In this document: one piece after another, positions 53,743 to 64,000 of the stretch | Layout of the letters: each line of letters begins with the position of its first letter | How positions within the stretch are numbered: position 1 is the first letter of the stretch | Assembly: GCA_965113315.1 (NCBI GenBank) | Contig: OZ220368.1 | DNA length: 64,000 nt | DNA from: Podarcis vaucheri | Lineage: Eukaryota | Direction: 5' to 3' (one strand) | Program-made: the position numbers and the translations under genes | Notes under the pieces: model-generated | The model's database searches: none | Told to the model about the DNA's origin: nothing | Seen by the model: the letters and a program-made list of their open reading frames with translations, nothing else

Positions 53743-53953
53743 CAGTGGTACCTCTGGATACGAACAGGATTCGTTCCAGAGCCCCATTCACATCCTGAAG
53801 TAAACACAACCCGCGCCCGCGCGTCTCATGATTCGCCGCTTCCGCACATGCACGTGACATCATTTTGACCATCTGCGCATGCTCGAATGGCGAAACCCAG
53901 AGCGCAACCCGAAAGCGCTCAACCTGAAGCATCTTCAACCCGAGGTATGACTG
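53743..53953. mobile_element. Tc1/mariner-type MITE
   Basis: TA|cagtggtacctc ... cgaggtatgactg|TA. Confidence 0.8.
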
Positions 53954-56900
53954 TACAAATAAACTGGGAGATGCAGGCAATTTTGGCTAAGCAGAGTTCA
54001 GCAAATCTCTTTTTCCTCCTACTTGCCTCCCTATATTTTGTATGCATAATTCATTAACTGATCCTTAACTAGAAAAATTCATTGTTTTTGACTGACTCTC
54101 CCCCACGTGGGATCTGACATCACAATGGATCAAAGGAACGCTTCTTTTCAGAGGGGAAGTTTTTTAATTGACTCAGGATGTCCAGGTCCTGTGCTGACTT
54201 AATCATTGTTTCCATGGATGCAAACTGCATGCCCACTGCTTGGGAGAAAATAATTTTGCCTGTTAACACTCTACAAACTTTTGCAATTCAATATTTTGCC
54301 TTGGACATTTTGCCCCTTGCTTTTAGAATTTAACATCTTAAAAGTCAATTCAGAGTACTACCAAAAGGTCCACTTCTGTTTTCTTTTTTTAAAAAAAGAA
54401 GCTACCTTTATAGTGTTACCAGACAGTCTCTCTTACATGCCCAAACAAATCTTATTTTTGATGTGATACTTAGAAAAGCAAAATAACATGGCCAGAAAGC
54501 CACAGTTCAAGAATTGTGTGCAAGGATACAGAATCTGGGCTTGCTGTGATTCTTCAACAGCTTAGATGAATTGCTTGTTATTTGCTGCATCTCATTCCCC
54601 TTTCCTCTTTGAGAGGGGTAAGAAGGAGGCAGGTTTTCTGTGCAAAACTCATCCAGGTCTGTTGTCAACTTACTCTGGACTTATTTAATACTTTGCAACT
54701 GCTTGTAGCAGCAGTGCCACTGCATGCAACCACATGCATACTCATGTGTGTTAATAAACACACATGGGATCTGAGCCATTCCAAAACAGAAGACCATAAG
54801 GAAGGAGACCACGCCAACACAGACTGTGAGATGGGGAACTAGGCAGGTGTGTAAACTGAAGTCTTTCTAGATCAGTGTTTTAATGGTTTTAGAAGCACTT
54901 AACCCTGAACTGACAACTTTCTGATGTTTATTTTATGAACAACTGACTTTTCAACTAACTGATTGCTATACTGGTTGAGAAATGAATTAATGGACTGACT
55001 CATGGTTTCACAGCACTAGTTGGATATCTTGTCTTAACTTAATGTCGCTCAGCATTTTAATTCTCCTCTTTTAATAGTGCAACCCTAGGCATGTCTACTT
55101 GGAATTAAGTTTCACACAGAGTCCAATGGAGCTTGCTTCCAGGTAAGCAAGTACAGGATCATGACCATAGTACATTAATTGATCATTTCACTGGCTGGAC
55201 GGATTATAATATTGACTGGGTTCATTGTTTATTGCACCTTCATAGGTGTGACATCTGATTGGTTACTATGCTGCTGGAAGATAAAATGGAAAGAAGAGAC
55301 ACTAACTTTACTATGAATGAAATATCAACTCGCTTCACTCTATACATGCTGCTGAGGCCACTAATTCTTTCCCCAACTTTGGCTTAGTGTGGGGGGAAAG
55401 GGAGCAATGCAATTACAAGTAACGTGGAAGAGATCCCTAGCCACAACCATGCTATGTTTGCCACTTTGATAACAAGGCCCCAAACTCCCACCATTATCTT
55501 TCTCATCAGAACAGCAGCAGCTAAACTGAGATTTACAACAGAGCTAGAGATTTCAGCCTCTTTTTATCTTTCGGCATGTACCCTGAACAGAGAGGCAACA
55601 CAGGTCTCTCCAACTCAAGAAACAAAAAGTATTTTTGATGCTGTTCCCAATTAGGCATCGGCCGGGCAGGCACAACCAGTGTTAGAAACTCAGATATATA
55701 AGCTAGGTGCCAACTGGTTCCTTAAACCAAAGTTACAGTCGCCAAAACGGAATGTCTTGTTGCCATTTGGGGGCCAGATTATTCTAAAGGCTTGTTTTTT
55801 CAAATGACGGACTGATTGTGATTGATTCTCAGTCAAACATCTGGCCAGTTCAGAGGACAACTTTGAGCTAGGTTAAGCACTTTGAGAACTTAAAAGAAGA
55901 AAAGTCACTTGATCCAGGGAGAGTCCATATTTATGTTGGCATATTCTGACCTCTTTTTCTTATCTGTGACATGGACCATTCATAACGTAAGAATATTCTT
56001 CACAACTATGAGCACTGCTGTGAGGTGGGGTAAGTGAAAACAAACTACAACAATTAGCTATAATTGCTCAGGCTGCACAGAAAAAGCATTTTGGTTTCTG
56101 AAATTCATTCTGATTGTGCAGGTAAAATATAACGGATAGAATTGTACGGGATGGGCATGAGTGTGTGAAAACAGTCAAGATCCAAGGAGGCAGTCACCTC
56201 CAGACAGTGGAGATGTCAGGCACCATTCTGGCACCCAGGCATCTTCACATGGTCGCAAGTGGCCAAAAGGCAGATGCAATATGTGCCTGGCGCCTGGCTA
56301 ATGTCAAACACTGAGCATGACACAGTCAAGCTACTGGAAAAACACATCAGCCTATTCCCGAACTTCTAAACCATAAATGAAGTTTTAAGATATTGAAGCA
56401 CAGTAGAGCAAAAGGTCAATAAAAGAAACCAAAATGTTGAATTCACTCAGGTACTTGGGCAAATAATACAGAGGTAAACAAGGTAACTTACAGGAATTGC
56501 AAGATCAGTTACTACTAGTAACAACACTTCATCACACACTCAGTACAAAGACGGAGCCGTAGGTAAATACACCTGAAAGTTAACTAGTCTGACAAGAACA
56601 GTTTAGGAGTAAACAATGGGTGTTAAGACTCTAGTTCTGCTATGCAGCAGGGGGTGGGTGCTAGGGAGGTACAATGATGGGATGGAAACAAACAGATTGG
56701 TTTTTACACAGCAGGCAGGACCAATGTGTGTGTGCTTTGAGGAGCATAAGGAAATCCTTAAATTGGGATCCTGAAAAGCAAAGCATATACCCAGGTGATT
56801 GGTATAAAATTATTTTTACAATTGATGTCAAGAACACAAATCAGTGCCAGTGTTTGCTGCTTTTTAGGTCTGGGCTCCACTGGGAATAGCAAGGGCACCA

Positions 56901-59688
56901 GGATAGAGAAATGTCTCCAAGGAAACTACTGACTCTGGATGAGTCCCTTAACAAAGGAATGCCAACATCCTGGATGTAGAACAGAATTGCGAGTGCTGTT
57001 TACAAGAAAACTGGAAATAAGGTGTTTGGATAGGAAGGAAAGTCAACAGAAATAACTTCACCCAGCACCTTCACAGCAACCAACTGATGATTTGCTGGAG
57101 TGCTCGTCATTTTAGTATGTAGATGAACTGATGGGAGATAAAGCCAACAAGCATTAGCAGTCTTCCTCCTGTTCTCAATGCCCCATCCGTCCAGTATATG
57201 GCAGTGTCATTTTCGTTAACTTGTTGAAAGAATTTTCAGCTCATCTTATTACCGTAAAGTTTCCTGGTTATTCAGTGCTCCAGATCCCACAGGACTTTGC
57301 ACATATCAATTATACCTGTGAAGGATCCCTCCCTGTGGATGTTTGTGCTGTGCTACACACACAGGCATGAATGGTGGTGTGGAGAGGAGCCCATGAGATC
57401 AGGGCATGGGCTACTCAGCATGGCCCCCTATTCCTTGCTGCCATCTTGCTGGATATGGGAACTGAAACAAACTTCATAAGGCTTAGAGAGATTGTTCGTC
57501 TGAACCAGTCTAATGGTTTTGTGTCTTTCTGTCTAAAGCTAAACATTTCTAGTCCATGTCAACACATATGGGCGGATGAGTAGAACTACCAAGGCATGCC
57601 TGTCTCTAAGAGCACACCTGTTTATTTTACACTCAAAACTGTCTTCTAATGACAAGACAAGTAACTGACTGTGAACTAAATCTAAACACAATGAAGACGT
57701 CTTTGGTAATTGTCAATATAAGGTATAAACTACCCAAATAATGAACCTATGTCTAGGATGCCAGCAGCAACCACTGTGCAATTTTCTCATTCTCTTGCAA
57801 GCAGATAAGAACCGTGCATACACAAGCAGCTTTCCTCACTGACACGAGGCACAAACAATTACATGCCTACTTCTCCATAACACATTCTTCACTGTTGTAA
57901 AGCATTGCAGCCAAGTAGAGAGGCAGCAGAATTTAAATATGGAAAAGTCCTGCTTACGCAAAATATTAATTATATATGCTTGGAGAAGTCAGGCCACAAT
58001 CCCTCCACGTGTTAAGAAGCAAACTAGATGTTACATGAGAGATGTGTGCAGCCATCTGACTTCTTTAAAAATGAACAAAAGCCTTAAGAGCCTGCGATTA
58101 GGAATAGTAGAAGGGGGGACGGACGGACGGACGGACGGACTTTATGGTCCAGGTACCTGTACTATTTTTCTCCATGAGCAGAAGTGGGGGGAAATGAATG
58201 GAGAATAAAGGCTTACACAAAGTTCCCCTCCACCCCTCTTCCTATCGAACTGTCATCTCCTGGTGGCTGCTTGTTGTTCACAAAAGCAGCAGCTGCCCTC
58301 GGTGCATCTCCTGCGTACCATATAAGCTTGGCCCTAAAGCACAAGAGGAAGCCACCTCACAGAGTTGTTGCAAAGTGAGCACACTAGAAGACTGTAAAAC
58401 CTTCTTTAAATCAGAGAATGTATATAAGCCGGATAAAAAGAAAATGAGCACTGGCAGTAGCATGCATATGCAAAGAAACCGCTTTTGCAACTCTTCTCTC
58501 CCAGTGTCATTTTGTGTTCCTATCTGTGCCGTGAAGATAAAGAGTCAACTGAGAAGCTCCGTGCGTGCGTTCTTCCCACTCCAGGGCACCTGCCATGGCT
58601 AATTGTCTCCCTCTGGTACCGGCAGGCACTGCAGACCTGCCCCTGCTCAGCTGTCCCGGTCCCGTGATTCACCAGAGGCTGTGCCATTCCCTCCGAGGGC
58701 ACGTCCTCCTCCAAATTACTACATTCTCCAAATTCCTCTTCCCTGACACCACCACGTGAACCAGTTGGACAGCTCTGTTAAAAATAACCTAGTGGGGCAA
58801 CCTTCCAGCCAATCAGCAGCAGGCAGCATACCAGCCCAAGCGGAGCGCAACTCAAGTTACACCTGCTGTCTGGGGCAAGTGCGCAGCCTCCCCTGTGCCT
58901 GGCTCAGCTCCCTTCCTAACCCAGCGGAGGAGAAAGAAATGCCCCTTGCCATACACGGACCAGACCCTTCTGCTCTCTCTCTCTCTCTCTCTCCCTCTCT
59001 GGCTCTTGCACACTGGCCACCGTTCAAGCGCTATAGGTTACCACAGGTCACAGCTCTCCCTCCTTCCCTTCAGCCGCTCTTCACAGCAGCTGGGAGATCA
59101 GCCCCTGTGTCAGTAACCGGCTCGCTCTCAGCCAAGCACGACCCATTTATCGTAGGCGTTCGGCTCGCCTCGTCAGTGTTCTGGGATTCCTGAGGCATCC
59201 TGCTTCCAGCACCTGCTCTGAAATGAAGCTCTCTTTGACCTTCCAGAAGCCCTTGCGCCCCTGCCCCCTCCCATCTCATCCACCCACCTACCCAAGGCTG
59301 GAAAGCTATGGATGGAATGTCTCACCACCAAGTTCAATCTGGACCAAAAAATATATATACCCACAGCTGAAGAGCACCATTCTGTTAGTCTAAGAGCACC
59401 ACAAGCAATGATGTTTTAGCAGTCTGCTGCTAGGCTTTTTGGTACGAAACATGGCATATTCTTAACAAGCAGCTGGAGCCTTTTGCAGAAATAATTTCTA
59501 AGAACTGTTAGCCAAAACGCTTGGAAAGGCCAGGCTGCCTTCACAGAACACCCTTCGTGATTATGCTGAATGGCTACCCTACTTCTGTATGGACTGCACA
59601 CTCTTTGTGTATCAACAACACCGATTCCTCACAGAAAGGATTTTGCTAAGCGGCATTGCAGAAGGATATTCCAGATGCAAACTCTACT

Positions 59689-60386
59689 TTTTTATATATA
59701 ATCTTTATTTACACATTAAAAATTGCACATAATCAGATACGTTGTTCTGCCATGAAAGAAAAAAATCACACAAAAAGAAAATAGAAAAGAAAAAGGAAAA
59801 CAAGAAAAAGTAGAAGAGAGGAAAAAGATGGGGGGGGGAATAGGAAGAAAGTTTAACAAAACATCTTATCAACGACATACAGGTTTTTTTAGGAAATACA
59901 AACCATCATCGACATTATTTTAAACATATAATTCCAGTAAGCAGTCCTTTTATCTTCACCTTGTCGATTTCTCCTCACTACTATTACTCTCTTATCTGTG
60001 CCTATTCTCTGGTTTTATTCCCTGATTTGTTTAATGACTTCCTTCTACCACTATGCGGTTCCTAATTTCTCATATCTTAAAATTTCTGTGTCCATTCTTG
60101 TCCTGCAGGAACCCATTCTCTTACCTCTGTGGAATTTAGTCTATGCTCAACCAAGAGTAATCTTCGGAAACATACTTCATCATTTTTAAAAACATCCCAT
60201 TCTTTTTAAATTTAATTTTTAATTTTCTTTATGTCATTACAGCCACCAAGATTCTTGTAGCAAAATATTGGAAGAGTAATGTAATAGCGACAAAAGAAGA
60301 ATGGCATTTAAAGCTATGTGAATTCCTTGAACTAGCAAAACTAACAGAATCAATAAGAAATCATTCGTGGGGGGGGGATAAAAAAC
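59689..60386 (-). mobile_element. L1-like LINE 3' fragment with inverted 5' segment
   Basis: Plus-strand 60215-60370 encodes FLYVITATKILVAKYWKSNVIATKEEWHLKLCEFLELAKLTESIR (L1 ORF2 C-terminus-like). The minus strand from ~60210 continues KEWDVF.. and ends in AATAAA and an A-rich tail at ~59690. ctctact flanks both ends. Confidence 0.65.
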
Positions 60387-60882
60387 CTCTACTGTTATTT
60401 AAGGCAGAAAGTATTGTTGTAAACAAAATCTCACAATTCCTATCACAGTATGCACTTATGGTATGCATGTGTGCACAGACACTGGAAATGAGTGGACTTG
60501 TTCATGTGAATACAGTTCCAGAGTGGATAATATGCACCACTCGAAGGAGGAGTACCTACTCCTGCTCCTTCTTCAATAGAACTTCACCTCTCAGACCCTG
60601 TTCACACAGCACTTTTTTTTACTTCACGCAATCAACTTTCCTTAGGTTTGTGCTCACATAGGAAAATATTAACCCATGAACTGGGTGTTCTCTGAGGCGG
60701 CCGGCAGCAATTCCCAAGAATTGAGGGGACACTTTTCCCATGTCCATTATCACTAGTACATGAACTACATTCATCCACATAACTGTATGCCCAAGGAAGT
60801 TCTGAGACCAGGGAGAAGGGGAAGGGGTGGTGATATTTTGTGCGAATAAGCCCTCACATATGAACAGGAACTAAAGTGCAAT

Positions 60883-61304
60883 TTGTTGTTGTTGTTTAGT
60901 TGTGTCCGACTCTTCGTGACCCTATGGACCTGAGCGCGCCAGGCACTCCTGTCCTCCACTGCCTCCCGCAGTGGTCAAAATCATGCTGGTAGCTTCAAGA
61001 ACACTGTCCAACCATCTCGTCCTCTGTCGTCCCCTTCTCCTTGTGCCCTCAATCTTTCCCAACATCAGGGTATTTTCCAGGGAGTCTTCTCTTCTCATGA
61101 GGTGGTCAAAGTATTGAAGCCTCAGCTTCACGATCTGTCCTTCCAGTGAGCACTCAGGGCTGATTTCCTTCAGAATGGAGAGGTTTGATCTTCTTGCAGT
61201 CCATGGGACTCTCAAGAGTCTCCTCCAGCGCCATAATTCAAAAGCATCAATTCTTCGGCGATCAGCCTTCTTTATGGTCCAGCTCTCACTTCCATACATC
61301 ACTA
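60883..61304 (-). mobile_element. BovB/RTE LINE 3' fragment
   Basis: MYGSESWTIKKADRRRIDAFELW...LGKIEGTRRRGRQRTRWLD; (CAA)n tail; TSD aaagtgcaat at 60873-60882 and 61305-61314. Confidence 0.93.
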
Positions 61305-63264
61305 AAAGTGCAATAAGGATTCATAAAACTGGAAGTTGCTACTTGCAAGAGCAGAAACTTGTAACTTCACAGCAGAAAAACTGAGTGTTGTCTGCTGCTT
61401 TCTACGTTATTTAACCTTACTTCCATATTTATAAGCACACAAAAGCATCAGGTGAAAGATGGTCAAGAATGTGCATCTTTATAGCATGTGGCCCAGTAGA
61501 TATAGATGAACAACATGCAACAGGCAAACTGCCAAAGCTGAATGCCTATATTTCCAGGTCATAAAGCTGCCCATCTTCAGCCATTTTACAATTGTTCCTT
61601 AAAATGCAAGCAGGGAAAAACTAACATATAAAGCAACCACTGGCCACAACACTATAAAAATCAGGACTAAGACTTTACAATAAGGCAAACAATTTTAACA
61701 ATCCAGATTAACTTTTAATTCAATTATTCAATATAAATAAGGAGATAAAGGCAACAAGTAGTATAGCAGACATGCAACTCTATTTTTACTTTGTTGCCCA
61801 TGACTGTTTGCAATGGTAAGCTGTCTTTGTTCCTGATAGGGACCGTCCTTCCAAATACCACAAGGCCAGCTCCGACTCATTCATTATGGACAGCAAGTGT
61901 TGCACACATAAAATGAAGTTTAGAACAAAGTCCTGTGAAGATGGAACTCACAAGACCCTCTCCAGCCTGTGCCCTGAACATATGGTGCTATCAGTGTTGC
62001 TACTTTACATTTCTTTACCTAGTCCACATGAGTTTATTGCAAAGTCTACCAGGCAAAAGAGGAAAGCTGCAACATTCCAGGCCATAACAGATCTGTGGCA
62101 GAGCACTTGAGTGATTCAAGCTTTCTTCTAACCAAGTAAGGTTAAGGATGGACACAAGTGGGGATCAGAGATCCAGTGGTCCTTTTCCAAGACAGCTTCT
62201 CCCATCAAGACAGGTCTTGGAACAAGCAGGCTATTGGTACTGTAGCCAATTAAAATAGAGACTTCCCTCTCCTCACTCACTTGAAAAGGTAAGTGCAGAT
62301 GGCGTGCCCCCTTTCCTTCCAGTCATACTCTGGGAGAGAGGCCAACAAAAAAAGCCAACAACCTCTATGCTGCTCTACTCTTATTGCACATGCAGTCAAG
62401 AGGAGATTTCTAGAGAGTGAAGAAAAGCAGAGGTGGGGTAAAGTGTAAAACAGGGTTAAAAAAAAAAAAGATTGGGGAGGGGAGAGCAGCCAAATTTTTA
62501 AAAGGCAGAAGCAGAACAGGGCTGCTGTTTCTTTAAGCGATTGCCAGATGTCTCCAAGTGGCTGGAAAAACCAGTTTGTACACTTGGGCTTGATGAACAA
62601 AGGCCAAGCTCCCCAGCGGCACTCCAGCTATTCCTGGAGAAATCTAAAAAATGTGCCTCTTCAGAAACCTTCCACCCCTGCCTGTCAGAGAGACCCTGGG
62701 CCATGTTGGGGGCACAAAAGGGGAGGGGAGGTGCAATGTGCCATCTCCCCTTTAGGTAGGCTCCTGGTAAGAAGGCATGGGAAACAGTTATGGCAGGAGC
62801 ACAAGTACTCAGCCACATTAAAAATATAAGTAAAGTGGATAAAACAGGGGTCGTCAATTTGTCACCTGCAGGCACACATGTGCCACCAGGGTCTCCTCTC
62901 CCAGCTGAAACCAGACTTGAAAGCAGCATTCTGTTGTAGCCAATATATTAGGCTGTGGAATGTGCTTGGTTGTGTCTTCAACAGTTTCTCTGGTTTGCAA
63001 AAGGGTCTACAAGTCCAAAAATGCTAGCAACCCCAGAGCTAAAATAACTACTCAGGCCAGATTTCAACATCAGGCGTATGTATTTAGTGCCAGGGCTCAG
63101 CACTAGAACATGTGAAGAATAACAAAACACGCCACTGAACACAACAAGTTCTCTCAAAATGGGTAACCACAACCTATTCACCTATGTTTAGGATTGGGGC
63201 AGGCTTTCCAGGATATGGATACCTGCAGCACTCCCATTTTTAATGGTGAACTACTAGGACTACT

Positions 63265-63589
63265 GCGATGTGGGTGGCGCTGTGGGTTAAACCACAGAGC
63301 CTAGGGCTTGCCGATCAGAAGGTCAGCGGTTCGAATCCCCGTGACGGGGTGAGCTCCCGTTGCTCGGTCCCTGCTCCTGCCAACCTAGCAGTTCAAAAGC
63401 ATATCATAGTGCAAGTAGATAGATACCGCTCTGGCGGGAAGGTAAACAGTTCACCAGAAGCGGCTTAGTCATGCTGGCCACATGACCCAGAAGCTGCACG
63501 CCGGCTCCCTCGGCCTATAGAGTGAGATGAGCACCGCAACCCCAGAGTCGGCCACGACTGGACCTAATGGTCAGGGGTGACTTTACCTT
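63265..63589 (+). mobile_element. Sauria SINE, near full length
   Basis: A box gtggcgctgtgggttaa, B box ggttcgaatcc, acttt/accttt tail; 13-bp TSD tactaggactact (63252-63264, 63590-63602). Confidence 0.9.
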
Positions 63590-63860
63590 TACTAGGACTA
63601 CTAAAGGCGACAACGTAACTTGAGGAAGACATCCCTTACCAATTCTAGCCAATCATTTTCAGCATCCATGCACTATGCTGAATATGTATATCTATTCTCC
63701 CAGCTACATGGGAACTGTTTATCCATGAGCATTTTGGACAATATTGAAACTGCATGACTCTATCCATCTGCACCTTTGTACATGGAATTGGGAAGCCTCT
63801 CTCCTTCCATGGTGCAAATTCTGTGGGAAGGAGTCATGGCTGGAATCATGTCAATGTCAG

Positions 63861-63960
63861 AATCACAGAGTTGGAAGGGACCATGAGCCCAATCCTGCAG
63901 TGCAGCTCAAACCCATGACCCTGAGGATAAGAGCCCCGTGTATTACCGATTGAGCTATCC
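63861..63960 (-). mobile_element. Degraded tRNA-Lys/CR1-tail SINE
   Basis: Reverse complement ggatagctcaatcggt...gggtttgagc...ggtcccttccaactctgtgatt; same family as 5306-5445. Confidence 0.65.
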
Positions 63961-64000
63961 TCTAGGGTTATCACAGTCTTACAGGAGCTGCACACAGATA

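Noticed and set aside
50630-64000. TEAD3 first coding exon (…[36 protein letters not shown])
   Set aside because: Not found by eye or in the ORF track; presumed to lie beyond the window

Overview
Vertebrate genomic DNA from a squamate. The Sauria SINE, tRNA-Lys/CR1-tail SINE, BovB, CR1 and Penelope repeats suggest a lacertid lizard (inference). Three spliced genes were reconstructed by hand with GT-AG junctions and consistent phases. (1) The 3' half of MICAL1 (+; end of CH domain, LIM, acidic tract, C-terminal coiled-coil/bMERB; 12 exons, stop at 10662). (2) The complete SMPD2/neutral sphingomyelinase 1 (-; 10 coding exons, 409 aa, CpG-island promoter ~27.0-27.85 kb). (3) Most of TEAD3 (-; first coding exon lies beyond the window), with tandem 63-nt alternative TEA-domain exons, a 12-nt microexon and a probable ~5.8 kb 3'UTR. 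The most notable signals are: minimal hammerhead-ribozyme motifs inside Penelope-type insertions (intact cores antisense to the host genes); a 10-bp hairpin and a candidate unannotated 12-nt microexon in the TEAD3 alternative-exon cassette; apparent loss of the MICAL1 PPKPP motif at what looks like an exon/intron fusion; and a 5'-inverted L1 fragment. No CRISPR or prokaryotic features. Repeat family names come from recognition, not a database search.
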